Shown: positions 35,531-45,324 of the stretch, piece after piece
How the letters are laid out: every line of letters begins with the position of its first letter
How positions within the stretch are numbered: the first letter of the stretch is position 1
Origin: Bacteroidales bacterium
Lineage (GTDB): Bacteria; Bacteroidota; Bacteroidia; Bacteroidales; Tenuifilaceae
Length of the DNA stretch: 45,432 nucleotides
Assembly: GCA_051715525.1 (NCBI GenBank)
Contig: JBPXJX010000250.1
Location: 1 to 45,432, forward strand
Direction: 5' to 3'
Translations under genes and position numbers: made by a program
Notes under the pieces: generated by a model
Seen by the model: the letters and a program-made list of their open reading frames with translations, nothing else
Told to the model about the DNA's origin: nothing
Database searches by the model: none

Positions 35531-35575
35531 CCCCCTCTTTTCTGGAAACAGAAGAGAGGGGGCTAGGGGGTGAGT
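35531..35575 (-). repeat. Right GC-rich hairpin element, inverted copy of 35039-35077
   Basis: The reverse complement reads ACTCACCCCCTAGCCCCCTCTCTTCTG-tttc-CAGAAAAGAGGGGG. It has the same ACTCACCCC / CCCCTCTCT head and a hairpin. Confidence 0.7.
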
Positions 35576-35590
35576 ATAAAATTATCTTCT

Positions 35591-36184
35591 TTATACTTCC
35601 TGCGGTTGCTCCTTTTTGCTTCCCTTTTTCATCGGGTAGGTCCCGGGTAAAATAACATCAATAAGCTTTTTACCCCACAAACCCAGCTGAACACCTGCTG
35701 CCAAGCAAAGAATGCTTAATATAAAGGTCCATAAACCATATCCTTCCTTAGGTGCTACAATCAACATTGTGGTTGAAAGAAGTAAAATGATTATACTAAA
35801 AATTATCTTAACCCTTAGCAGTGGCGTTTTTAGCGTTTTAAAACGTGTTAGCCCATCTACGACTCCTGTTAGAATAGCCATAAACAGGGTGAATGGGAAT
35901 ACAAAAACAGAGAAAATTATTACGCTTTTTATAATAACCGTTTGAAAATCGGGTAGAAAATAATTCAGTATGATCAATAACGGGATTGCTATTACAAATG
36001 CTTGTGAAAGGTGAATAACAATAGGGTGTAGGTCGAGATTGAGTAATTTTAAACGATTTAATGATACCCTTTCGCGATAGGGTTCAAAAACTTTGCGGGG
36101 CAAACCGCAAGCAGGGCAAACATCGCCCAATTTATCGGCTTCCATCACAAAGCCACAGGGGCGGCAACGAACAAGTTCTTTCAT
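35591..36184 (-). CDS. Membrane protein with N-terminal rubredoxin-type zinc ribbon
   Basis: CRPCGFVMEADKLGDVCPACGLPRKVFEPY contains two CxxC pairs and is followed by 4-5 TM helices. Confidence 0.65.
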   Translation of the reverse strand: MKELVRCRPCGFVMEADKLGDVCPACGLPRKVFEPYRERVSLNRLKLLNLDLHPIVIHLSQAFVIAIPLLIILNYFLPDFQTVIIKSVIIFSVFVFPFTLFMAILTGVVDGLTRFKTLKTPLLRVKIIFSIIILLLSTTMLIVAPKEGYGLWTFILSILCLAAGVQLGLWGKKLIDVILPGTYPMKKGSKKEQPQEV

Positions 36185-36283
36185 AGATTGATATTTATTG
36201 AAAGGGTTAATTATTAAGAGTTAGCAATATAAAAATCAATTTGAGAATGAACAAACCAATTGGGTTGATATTTGTCGGGTTGG

Positions 36284-36889
36284 CTATATTTTATATCTAG
36301 CAACCAGCTCCAAAACATTGTTGTATTGCCCCCTATTCCACCTATAGGTGATATCGCTATTAAAAGGTCGGACGGGAAAAAACGAATAAGAGTAAATCAA
36401 ATAAAAAGCCCATCGCTCGCTTCTATTGTATTCAAGTCCTATGTGTCCTGCGAACTCAAAGTTCCTAAACTTTTTGATATCTTCAGGTGCAAAATCGCCC
36501 ATTTCGGTCATTTCTCGAGCCTTAATAAGATAACCCCCTGAAATACCAGCAATAGGGTTAAACCCATTTCTTAACCTATAACCAAGGAATAAGGGTATTT
36601 CAAAATAGTTCAAACGCATTCTATAAAAGCTGGTGGAGCCCTCCTGCTTATCCTTTGCATAGCTCCCTTTTTGAATAAATCGGAACTCCATTCTCCAATA
36701 AAGAGTTGTTGAGATTCTGCGACCAACCCAAACTCCACCAATTGGCCCTGCTTTGTTATAACCAGCATGGCTATCGCCATCGACCTGAGTGGCAGCCATT
36801 CCAGCAACAAAACCTGCATTGAAATGCTGAGCTTTACTTTGGATTGATATTCCGAAAAGAATTATGGTTGATAGAATTATAAATTTCAT
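36284..36889 (-). CDS. Small outer-membrane beta-barrel protein (OMP_b-brl_2/PorT-like family)
   Basis: Signal peptide MKFIILSTIILFGISIQSKAQ and an alternating amphipathic beta-strand pattern with aromatic girdle residues. Confidence 0.6.
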   Translation of the reverse strand: MKFIILSTIILFGISIQSKAQHFNAGFVAGMAATQVDGDSHAGYNKAGPIGGVWVGRRISTTLYWRMEFRFIQKGSYAKDKQEGSTSFYRMRLNYFEIPLFLGYRLRNGFNPIAGISGGYLIKAREMTEMGDFAPEDIKKFRNFEFAGHIGLEYNRSERWAFYLIYSYSFFPVRPFNSDITYRWNRGQYNNVLELVARYKI

Positions 36890-36961
36890 ATAATAAGTGC
36901 CTAGAATGCCTAAAGTTTTAAGTACTTAAAGTTAGTAAATATTTTAACAGAGTTTTGATCA

Positions 36962-37657
36962 CTAATTACTTCCAATAAGCATTTCAACCATTTTAGGTAC
37001 ACCAACCGATGCATTCTCTTTAATAATATGAACTTTGTTACGAAGTTGGACCCCAACATCATTTGGGTCGATTAGGTAAATTGGTGCACTTGTGGGTGCA
37101 TAACTCAATAAACCAGCTGCTGGGTAAACGTTTAGCGATGTACCTACAACTGCAAATATTTCGGCCTGCCGGGCTATTTGAATTGCTTGTGTCATTGCAG
37201 GAACGGCCTCACCAAACCAAACAATATGAGGGCGAAGCTGTGCCCCTTTGGGGCATTTATCGCCTAAATGCAAATCGGAGTAGCCTATATCCTGAATGTA
37301 AGATGAGTCTTTTGTCGATTCAACCTTAGTAAGTTCACCATGAAGATGTAAAATCTTTTTGCTCCCCGCTCGTTCGTGTAGGTTGTCGACATTTTGAGTG
37401 ATGATATGGACATCAAAGTATTTTTCAGCCTCAACTAGAGCCTTATGCCCGTTGTTTGGCTCAACATCCTTAAGCTGTTTGCGCCTATCGTTATAAAATT
37501 TGAGAACCAGTTCAGGGTTATCAATCCAACCATCATAGCTGGCTACCTCCATGATATCGTACTCCTCCCACAAACCACCCATATCGCGAAAAGTACGTAA
37601 CCCACTTTCGGCACTAATTCCTGCACCTGTAAGAACAACCAATTTTTGTTTACTCAT
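36962..37657 (-). CDS. cobB: Sir2-family NAD-dependent protein deacylase
   Basis: Motifs GAGISAESGLRTFRD, TQNVDNLHERAG, HLHGEL, VWFGE and GTSLNVYPAAGL. Only one Cys lies in the region where many sirtuins carry a Cys4 zinc site. Confidence 0.85.
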   Translation of the reverse strand: MSKQKLVVLTGAGISAESGLRTFRDMGGLWEEYDIMEVASYDGWIDNPELVLKFYNDRRKQLKDVEPNNGHKALVEAEKYFDVHIITQNVDNLHERAGSKKILHLHGELTKVESTKDSSYIQDIGYSDLHLGDKCPKGAQLRPHIVWFGEAVPAMTQAIQIARQAEIFAVVGTSLNVYPAAGLLSYAPTSAPIYLIDPNDVGVQLRNKVHIIKENASVGVPKMVEMLIGSN

Positions 37658-38888
37658 TTTTAGAGTGATCGCACATTAATCCGTAATAATCAGTAATTGA
37701 TTTATCCAACTCATTATAAAAATCTATTGCTTCATCATCATGAAACCCTAATTTTCTCCATTTAGTTATTAACTTATCGGTTCGGGAAAGAATCTCCTTT
37801 TCGAGATCTACATTTAATTGCATTACACCATCATTCCTATTGTTCCCCAGTTTTTCTAAATAAATATAACTCTCGCCTTCAGTTCCTTTTTGAAAAGGGA
37901 AGCATCCCTTTTTTAAAAGTAGAGTAAATGTGCATAAAAGGGAGTTCTTCTTAGCTGGAGCAGTAAGTATCGATGGTTGTTTCTCACCAGCATAAACCCA
38001 AAGAGGAACAGAAACAGATGCAGGTTGAAATCCAATCTTTACCCATGTAGTTATAAGTGAAGGTGATTCCCCTGGTTTTACGCCATGCACTACAATTGTT
38101 GACGATGAAGAGTACCTTACAATATAATCGCGAAAAGGGTAAAGTCGATTTTGGAACTCCTCTTTCTTTTTAAAAATATCGGCCAAATCGGTTTGAGTCA
38201 GCTCATGCCTTAATGAAAGAGTTGCTTTTGTTAGAAAAAAGTCTGTGTTTAAACCTTTTACCTGTAGGGCCTCTGATAAAAGTGCGGCAGCAGTATTGTA
38301 ACGGTTATAGCCAGCACCTTCGTTCTCACGACCCGAAATGGAATAGTTTGTACGAATTAAATAGCCATCAGGTGCAGTAGCTGGGTCGTTAGCATCGTAA
38401 AATTTATACTTGAAATTATCTGTCTCGAAATATCCAGCCCCGCCAACAGCATCAATAACCCCAAAGTTTGCCTCTACACCTAATGGTTTGGGAAGAGAAT
38501 CGAGTAATCTTCTAAACTCATCAACAGTTGCACACCTCGATAGGGCAAGCTTCATTAAAACACCTTCTTGATCTTGAAACTTTGTAATATCATTGAGAGG
38601 CTTTAAGTTATATGATGCAGAGTTCATTATTGAGAATCCAGCACTGTTGGTTCCTCCCCATACTTGCGATGAATCGTCAGAGTTAATTAACCCCAGAAAA
38701 TTATACTTAATCCCTTTGAAATACATCATCTTATTGTTGAAATTATCCGTGTCGCGATGTTTCCAAAGTACTGGGCGGCCATCGGGCGTTGCTCTTCCGC
38801 TTACAATTGCTGTTGTACAAGCTATTGCAAGTTCCCCAAACAGTAGTAAAATCAATGATAATAAAACAAACCTTTTCATATACCTCAT
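37650..38888 (-). CDS. Secreted Ntn-hydrolase-fold cysteine peptidase/acyl-hydrolase (C45/C69-like)
   Basis: A signal peptide is followed directly by a CTTAIVSGRATPDGRPVLWKHRD nucleophile-type N-terminus. The gene overlaps the downstream sirtuin start by 8 nt. Confidence 0.5.
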   Translation of the reverse strand: MRYMKRFVLLSLILLLFGELAIACTTAIVSGRATPDGRPVLWKHRDTDNFNNKMMYFKGIKYNFLGLINSDDSSQVWGGTNSAGFSIMNSASYNLKPLNDITKFQDQEGVLMKLALSRCATVDEFRRLLDSLPKPLGVEANFGVIDAVGGAGYFETDNFKYKFYDANDPATAPDGYLIRTNYSISGRENEGAGYNRYNTAAALLSEALQVKGLNTDFFLTKATLSLRHELTQTDLADIFKKKEEFQNRLYPFRDYIVRYSSSSTIVVHGVKPGESPSLITTWVKIGFQPASVSVPLWVYAGEKQPSILTAPAKKNSLLCTFTLLLKKGCFPFQKGTEGESYIYLEKLGNNRNDGVMQLNVDLEKEILSRTDKLITKWRKLGFHDDEAIDFYNELDKSITDYYGLMCDHSKNE

Positions 38889-39028
38889 GTTTAGTACGAT
38901 AAGTAAATATAGATGAAATTAAGTTGCCTTTGTTTAAATAAACATGTGATTTAAGTCATCCCTTACAATAAATTCGCGCCATAAAACCTCATCGCAAATA
39001 CACCGCACAACAATTAAATTCCTTTAGC

Positions 39029-39036
39029 TATCTTTA
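39029..39036 (+). promoter_or_regulatory. Near-consensus -7 promoter element upstream of dnaG
   Basis: TATCTTTA has one mismatch to TAnnTTTG. Its context, ctatctttacaa, mirrors the gltX element ctatctttgcaa. It lies 39 nt upstream of the ATG. Confidence 0.3.
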
Positions 39037-39074
39037 CAATCCTTCTTTCGTTACCTTTTACTTTTCAAACTACT

Positions 39075-41015
39075 ATGATTGACCAACATACCGTTGATAG
39101 AATAATTGCTGCGGCTGATATAACCGAGGTAGTTGGCGATTTTGTAAGTTTGAAGAAGCGAGGTACCAACCATCTTGGTCTTTGCCCATTCCATAACGAG
39201 AAAACTCCATCTTTTACTGTAAGCCCAGCTAAAGGAATTTTCAAATGCTTTGGTTGCGGAAAAGGTGGAAACTCCGTTAACTTTATCATGGAGCATGAGC
39301 ATTTAACCTATGTTGAAGCGCTCAAGTTTTTGGCAAAGAAGTATCATATTGATGTTGTAGAAAAGGAGGTAACTCCCGAAGAGTTACAACAGCGCAACGA
39401 GCGCGAAAGCCTTATGGTTGTTACTGCCTATGCGCAGCGATACTTCAGTGATACATTACATAAGCATTCCGATGGCAAAACCATTGGTATGGCCTACTTT
39501 AAGGAGCGAGGTTTTCGCGACGATATCATTGAAAAATTTCAGCTAGGTTACTGTCTCGATCAGCGCGATGCTTTTACAAAAACAGCACTACGCGAGGGTT
39601 ATAAACTCGATTTTCTTGTAAAAACAGGGTTAACCATTCAGCATAACGAAGATAGTTTTGATAGGTTTCAGGGAAGGGTTATGTTCCCCATTCACAGTAT
39701 CAGCGGGCGCGTTACTGCTTTTGGCGGTAGAATTCTTAAAACCGATAAAAAATTTGCCAAATACCTCAACAGCCCCGAGAGTGATATTTACCACAAAAGC
39801 AGTATTCTTTACGGAATCTTTCATGCAAAAAAATCGATTACTCAGGAGAATAAATGCTTTTTAGTTGAAGGATATACTGATGTAATATCGTTGCATCAGG
39901 CTGGAATAGAAAATGTTGTAGCCAGCTCGGGCACATCACTAACGGTAGATCAGATAAGGCTGATAAAGCGCTTTACCCCAAATGTAACAATCCTTTACGA
40001 TGGCGATGCAGCAGGAATAAAAGCTTCGCTTAGGGGTATTGATCTTGTTCTTGAGGAAGGGCTTAACGTAAAGGTTGCCCTATTGCCCGATGGTGAAGAC
40101 CCCGATAGCTATGCTCGCTCGCATAGCGCATCGGAAGTTCTTGATTTTATTGCTAAGAACGAAACCGACTTTATCACCTTCAAAACCCGCTTGCTGGTTG
40201 ACGATGCAAAGAGCGATCCCATAAAGCGGGCAAACTTAATTTCAGATATTGTTCGGTCAATTGCTGTTATCCCCGATAGCATTATAAGGTCGGTATACAT
40301 TAAGGATTGCAGCAGGCTGCTCGACATTCAGGAGAGCGTGCTCTACACCGAGGTTGCATCGCAACGTCGGAAAAAGATGGAGCAGGTACTGGGAAGAATT
40401 CCCGTTGAATCGGAGATAAAAACCACGCCACCTGTCCCCAACTTCGTTTCAGACATATCTTGCGAAGAGCAAGAGAAAGAGATTGTTTACTTTATGCTTC
40501 GCCACGGAAACGTTGAGTTTTGGAGACCCGAACCAACAGATGGCGATCAGGAAACACTATCGGTATCGATTGGGCAATACATAATTAACGAAATTCTCAA
40601 CGATGACCTTGAATTTAAAAATCTGGTTTACCAAAAGATTTTTAACGAGTACTTCTCAAGGCTTGAGATTAATCCTATAGTAGAGAATCGTTACTTCGTT
40701 AACCATCCCGATAGCCAAATCAGCCAAGTTGCTGTCGATTTTCTTTCAACCCCTCATAAGCTAAGCAAAATTTGGGAGAAACACCAAGCATTTTCTGAGG
40801 AAGATGTAGACTTTTTACATCGGGTTGTTCCAAAAGCAATAATCGTATATAAAAGCAAGATTATGAAGCTGGCCATCAAAAAACTACACGAAGAGCTAAC
40901 TAAGCTGAACCAAAAAACACAAGTCGATGAGGTTAACGAAATCCTTAAAAAGCTAATCACACTTAACGATTTGCAAAACACCCTTTCGAAGGAGCTCGAT
41001 AGAATTGTTCTTTAG
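39075..41015 (+). CDS. dnaG: DNA primase
   Basis: Zinc-finger region CPFHNEKTPSFTVSPAKGIFKCFGCGKGGNSVNFIME and Toprim motifs LVEGYTDVISLHQAG and LYDGDAAG. Confidence 0.93.
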   Translation: MIDQHTVDRIIAAADITEVVGDFVSLKKRGTNHLGLCPFHNEKTPSFTVSPAKGIFKCFGCGKGGNSVNFIMEHEHLTYVEALKFLAKKYHIDVVEKEVTPEELQQRNERESLMVVTAYAQRYFSDTLHKHSDGKTIGMAYFKERGFRDDIIEKFQLGYCLDQRDAFTKTALREGYKLDFLVKTGLTIQHNEDSFDRFQGRVMFPIHSISGRVTAFGGRILKTDKKFAKYLNSPESDIYHKSSILYGIFHAKKSITQENKCFLVEGYTDVISLHQAGIENVVASSGTSLTVDQIRLIKRFTPNVTILYDGDAAGIKASLRGIDLVLEEGLNVKVALLPDGEDPDSYARSHSASEVLDFIAKNETDFITFKTRLLVDDAKSDPIKRANLISDIVRSIAVIPDSIIRSVYIKDCSRLLDIQESVLYTEVASQRRKKMEQVLGRIPVESEIKTTPPVPNFVSDISCEEQEKEIVYFMLRHGNVEFWRPEPTDGDQETLSVSIGQYIINEILNDDLEFKNLVYQKIFNEYFSRLEINPIVENRYFVNHPDSQISQVAVDFLSTPHKLSKIWEKHQAFSEEDVDFLHRVVPKAIIVYKSKIMKLAIKKLHEELTKLNQKTQVDEVNEILKKLITLNDLQNTLSKELDRIVL

Positions 41016-41252
41016 AATCGATTTTAAAATACCACATGAATTCAATTATTTTAGCAAATAACTGTCTCATACTTGATTGGCATTTTCTTGAATACATACC
41101 CTTAAAGTTGCTTTTTTTAAATACACTTCGAAACAAGAACGCCTATTAATTGTTAATTTATGAACGAATTATTAGCTTTGCGATTCATTAAATCGCTATA
41201 TTCGTAGGCTAATAAAACAAAGAATTACAAATAACCCAAACCTATAAATAAG

Positions 41253-42077
41253 ATGAAAACTAGAAAGTTATCCATCGTTAGAGCAACCTCGTTAATTCTA
41301 GCAATTGCTGTTGTTATACTTGTAGCAAGCTGTGGCAGCAGACAAGCAAAAGAAGCTGAAAACTCCTCTGTTACAAAAGAAGAGGCGTTTAAAAGTGTTA
41401 CCAAGTATCCTATACCTACCTCCTTTGAGGTTGTGAAACTTTTAAATAGTGCTGGAGCAGCATATATTCTAAGCGTAAGCAATCCTATTGAAAATGTTGA
41501 TAAGTATATTCCTGCAAAAAGTAAAGCGTTAAACCTTGGCGTTTATGGTGCTGATTTAAGCTATGCAAGTACTTATCAAATGAAGCAAGAAACCATGAAC
41601 TACTTAAAGGTTTCGAAGAAACTTATTGATGAGCTACAAATCACTTCTGCATTCAACGTAGAATTTGCACAGCGTGTTGAGAAAAACATTGATAATAAAG
41701 ATTCTTTAATTCATATCATCTCTGACTCTTTCTTCGATACATATGAATTCCTAGTAAATAATGGAAAAGACAATACTTCAGTATTGGTTATGACAGGTAG
41801 CTGGGTTGAGGGTTTATACATTACCTCTCAAATGGTAATTGTTAGCAAAAACAATGCTGATATGCTAAAAATAGTTGCTAATCAAAAAGAGCCGCTAACT
41901 AAAATTATTGAACTAATGCAACCTTATAGCAACGACCAAGATGTTGCTGAAATGGCAACTGCACTAAAGCCTCTTGTTGATATTTATGCTGGAATTACAG
42001 GGGATACAATTTCTCCTGAACAGTTCGAGAAAATCAATACTGAGATTTCAAAGGTTCGCGAATCGATTATAAAATAA
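41253..42077 (+). CDS. Hypothetical lipoprotein
   Basis: Lipobox ILVASCGS. No family was recognised. Confidence 0.6.
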   Translation: MKTRKLSIVRATSLILAIAVVILVASCGSRQAKEAENSSVTKEEAFKSVTKYPIPTSFEVVKLLNSAGAAYILSVSNPIENVDKYIPAKSKALNLGVYGADLSYASTYQMKQETMNYLKVSKKLIDELQITSAFNVEFAQRVEKNIDNKDSLIHIISDSFFDTYEFLVNNGKDNTSVLVMTGSWVEGLYITSQMVIVSKNNADMLKIVANQKEPLTKIIELMQPYSNDQDVAEMATALKPLVDIYAGITGDTISPEQFEKINTEISKVRESIIK

Positions 42078-42093
42078 TTACAATAATTTCATA

Positions 42094-42130
42094 AAAAAAG
42101 GACCCGCTTTTACAGCGGGTCTTTTTTTTT
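42094..42130 (+). terminator. Intrinsic terminator
   Basis: aaaaaaagGACCCGCttttacaGCGGGTCttttttttt. Confidence 0.85.
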
Positions 42131-42189
42131 ACCTACAAGCCAAAGGGCTATGCTCATTTTTTATATATTAGTAAGTTAATATTTTTGCC

Positions 42190-45100
42190 ATGAGCGAGTC
42201 GATTCTGAATGCCCTAATGCAACTTTTTGCCCTCATTGCCAATACTTCAAAGGTTTCGGCAAGGGGTAAGAAAATTGTTGACGCATTCCTTCGTCAGCAT
42301 CTTACTCGCCGTTTGGCCGACGACTATCTCGATCTGTTTGTTAGCTATGCCGATTTTTTTAATCGCGAAATATCTACAAAATCAGAATTTGATGAGGTTG
42401 GACGAAAAACATTAATAGAATTCGTTCAAAAAGTATGCTTCCAAATCCGAAACGGGCTACAACAGGCTGATCGAATTGTTGTATTTATAAAACTTCTGGA
42501 ATATGTAATAGAGGATAATAAAATCACTCCCCTCGAGAAAGATGTTGTTGATACCGTATCAAAATGCTTTAACCTTGATGAAACTGAAGCAAGCAATATC
42601 GAATACTTCATTTTCCATAACGATTGCGAAGAGATAGACCCACTGTACCTTTTGATAATTGAAAGTCACCCTAAAATTCGTGAGGATATACTAGAGGGTC
42701 AATGGGTTGAAGAGAATATGCCCGGTTGGCTTGAGGATTCTCATAAACTTTTCAACGAAAAGATTGAGGGAAAACTTACATTTCTATTCATCCCCTCAAC
42801 AGGTAACTTTGTATGTCGCTATTATGGAAAAGCCGAACTTTACCTCGATGGTAAGCTGGTTGTTCCTGGAAAAGCCTACATCATAGAAATTGGATCAATT
42901 ATTAAAGGCCCAACCATTGATTCGATCTACTTTAGCGATTTAATGACCTGGCTTAACAAAAGTAAAAACAGGCAAAAAATTGTTTTCACAGCCGAGAATC
43001 TTATTTACACATTTAGGAATAGCAATAACGGGATAAAGGACTTTTGTTTCTCAGAGGAATCGGGACAGCTTATAGGAATAATGGGTGGCAGTGGTGTTGG
43101 AAAATCAACCCTGCTTAACCTTTTAACAGGAAAGATAAAGCCAAAGTCGGGCCGAGTTCTTATAAACGGCTACGATATTCATGTTGATAAAAGAACAGTA
43201 GAGGGAATTATCGGATACGTACCTCAGGATGACCTTCTTTTCGAAGATCTTACAGTATACCAGAACTTATACTATAACGCAAAGCTATGCTTTAGCAACT
43301 TTACTGAATTCAAAGTACGACAAACGGTTAAACGGGTTCTCGATGATCTAGATCTTTGGGAGATACGGGATTTAAGAGTGGGCTCTCCGTTAAACAAAAT
43401 GATTAGCGGTGGCCAGCGCAAAAGGCTAAACTTTGGGCTTGAGCTCATGCGCGAGCCATCCATACTATTCGTTGATGAACCAACTAGCGGGTTATCATCG
43501 AGTGATTCGCTAATGGTAATGCGGTTGCTGAAGCAACAGGCAAATAACGGTCGGCTAGTAATTGTTAATATTCATCAACCATCATCAAAAGTATTTAAGC
43601 TGTTCGATAAACTTTGGGTGCTTGATAAGGGTGGTTATCCGATTTATCAGGGAAATCCTGTCGATGCCATTGTATACTTTAAAACTATGAGCACACAGGT
43701 AAACGCATCTGAGGGTGGATGCTCTCAGTGTGGTAGCATAAATCCTGAACAGGTCCTTGAAATTATTGAAGCCAAAGTGATTGACGAAAGTGGTAAGCAA
43801 ACGAATATTCGCCAAAAAACTCCTGATGAATGGAATAGCCTGTATAACAATCATATTCAGCAAAAAATAGTCCCAAAAACACCCAAGGATATTCTGCCAA
43901 AAAATCCGTTCAACATCCCAAACATTGAGGTTCAGTTTAAGATTTTTTCAATAAGGAATATTCTATCAAAAATTAGCAATAAACAATATGTCCTTATCAA
44001 CCTGATAGAGGCACCTTTGCTAGCATTTATTTTGGCTTACTTTACCAAGTATATGCCTAATAACGAATACTATTTAGCCGATAATAAAAATCTTCCGGCG
44101 TACCTTTTTATGAGCGTTGTAGTCGCCCTGTTTATTGGGTTAAGCGTTAGCGCCGAAGAAATAATTAGTGACCGAAAAATACTTGAACGCGAATCGTTCC
44201 TTAACCTTAGCCGGTTTAGCTACCTTAACTCAAAAATATTCTACCTATTTGCCCTGTCGGCATTACAAATGTTCCTATTTGTTATGATAGGGAATTACAT
44301 ACTCGAAATTCATGGCTTAACCCTTCCGTTTTGGCTCATTCTATTTTCAACATCATGCCTTGCTAATATTATTGGGCTAAACCTAAGTTCAGGGTTGAAT
44401 TCAATCGTTTCAATCTATATAAGCATCCCATTTATTCTGGTGCCACAACTGCTTTTAAGTGGAACCATTGTTCAGTTCGATAACCTTCATCCAACAATTA
44501 CAAAAAAGGTTTACGTTCCCATTGCAGGCGATTTAATGGCCTCGCGATGGGCATTTGAAGCGTTAGCTGTTGAGCATTTTCAGAAAAACCTTTTCGAAAA
44601 ACATTTTTTTGATCAAGAGATGATCATGAGCCAATCGTATTTTCGAACAGCATTCTTAATACCCCGGCTACAGTATAAGTTGGAGGAGTGCAATCGGTGG
44701 TTAGACAATGAGGGTAAAGATAAGATAAACTATCCTAGCGATTTGGCCATAATTTATAATGAGCTTAAAACCTTACAGCGTTTTGCTAGTTTGCCCCCTT
44801 TCGATAATATTGATAAGATAAACCCGAATGATTTCAACGAGCAGATATCGGAAGAAACGAATGGTTACTTAAAATTCATAAAAGGGCAATATACCGAAAT
44901 AAGCAATAATGCGGCCCAACGGCGCGATAGCATCTACCGAAAACTTGTCGATAGTCTAAATAATGATGGGTTATACTCACTCAAAAAGAAAAACTATAAC
45001 AAAGCGCTTGCCGATTGGGTTTTAAATACAAACGAAATAAACAAATACCTCGAAACCGAAACCCGTATAATCCCAAAGCACGAGCCCATTTTCATGCTTC

Positions 45101-45324
45101 CCGATCACCCTTGGGGTCGATCGCATTTCTATGCATCAAAAAAGTTATTTAATGGACAGTATGTAAAAACCTTGTGGTTTAACCTCGCTGTTTTGTGGAC
45201 GTATATCATTATACTATTTATCACACTACAGGTAGATGTTTTAAGAAGATTACTCGATTACGTTGAAAGCCTTAGATTAGGTCGCCTTCTTCGTAAGGAA
45301 TCCAGTGTGTTTAAGAAGCAATAG
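42190..45324 (+). CDS. Large ABC transporter fusion (N-terminal accessory domain + ABC ATPase + ABC-2-type permease + C-terminal extension)
   Basis: Walker A GGSGVGKST, signature ISGGQRKRLNFG, Walker B ILFVDEPTSGL, H-loop NIHQPS. Multiple TM helices span about aa 600-800 and one final TM helix lies near the C-terminus. Confidence 0.8.
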   Translation: MSESILNALMQLFALIANTSKVSARGKKIVDAFLRQHLTRRLADDYLDLFVSYADFFNREISTKSEFDEVGRKTLIEFVQKVCFQIRNGLQQADRIVVFIKLLEYVIEDNKITPLEKDVVDTVSKCFNLDETEASNIEYFIFHNDCEEIDPLYLLIIESHPKIREDILEGQWVEENMPGWLEDSHKLFNEKIEGKLTFLFIPSTGNFVCRYYGKAELYLDGKLVVPGKAYIIEIGSIIKGPTIDSIYFSDLMTWLNKSKNRQKIVFTAENLIYTFRNSNNGIKDFCFSEESGQLIGIMGGSGVGKSTLLNLLTGKIKPKSGRVLINGYDIHVDKRTVEGIIGYVPQDDLLFEDLTVYQNLYYNAKLCFSNFTEFKVRQTVKRVLDDLDLWEIRDLRVGSPLNKMISGGQRKRLNFGLELMREPSILFVDEPTSGLSSSDSLMVMRLLKQQANNGRLVIVNIHQPSSKVFKLFDKLWVLDKGGYPIYQGNPVDAIVYFKTMSTQVNASEGGCSQCGSINPEQVLEIIEAKVIDESGKQTNIRQKTPDEWNSLYNNHIQQKIVPKTPKDILPKNPFNIPNIEVQFKIFSIRNILSKISNKQYVLINLIEAPLLAFILAYFTKYMPNNEYYLADNKNLPAYLFMSVVVALFIGLSVSAEEIISDRKILERESFLNLSRFSYLNSKIFYLFALSALQMFLFVMIGNYILEIHGLTLPFWLILFSTSCLANIIGLNLSSGLNSIVSIYISIPFILVPQLLLSGTIVQFDNLHPTITKKVYVPIAGDLMASRWAFEALAVEHFQKNLFEKHFFDQEMIMSQSYFRTAFLIPRLQYKLEECNRWLDNEGKDKINYPSDLAIIYNELKTLQRFASLPPFDNIDKINPNDFNEQISEETNGYLKFIKGQYTEISNNAAQRRDSIYRKLVDSLNNDGLYSLKKKNYNKALADWVLNTNEINKYLETETRIIPKHEPIFMLPDHPWGRSHFYASKKLFNGQYVKTLWFNLAVLWTYIIILFITLQVDVLRRLLDYVESLRLGRLLRKESSVFKKQ

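Noticed and set aside
36962-37657. Sir2-domain gene as part of an anti-phage system (Thoeris, DSR or SIR2-HerA type)
   Set aside because: It is a short (231 aa) stand-alone sirtuin with all the canonical deacylase motifs. It has no fused sensor or effector domain and no partner defence genes nearby. A housekeeping CobB-type enzyme is the simpler reading.
42180-42187. TAnnTTTG match (TATTTTTG) as the promoter of the ABC fusion gene. A similar TATTTTTA lies at 25671-25678, before the mini-protein gene.
   Set aside because: The motifs end only 3-4 nt before the ATG, so the transcription start would fall inside the coding sequence. In AT-rich spacers such matches are expected by chance.
262-45324. 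Numerous 60-120-aa antisense or out-of-frame ORFs in the six-frame track (for example 262-462, 3482-3706, 14067-14405, 16537-16827, 20502-21055, 28361-28645, 39051-39302)
   Set aside because: All are nested within longer ORFs that carry clear family motifs on the other strand or frame. They have no features of their own.
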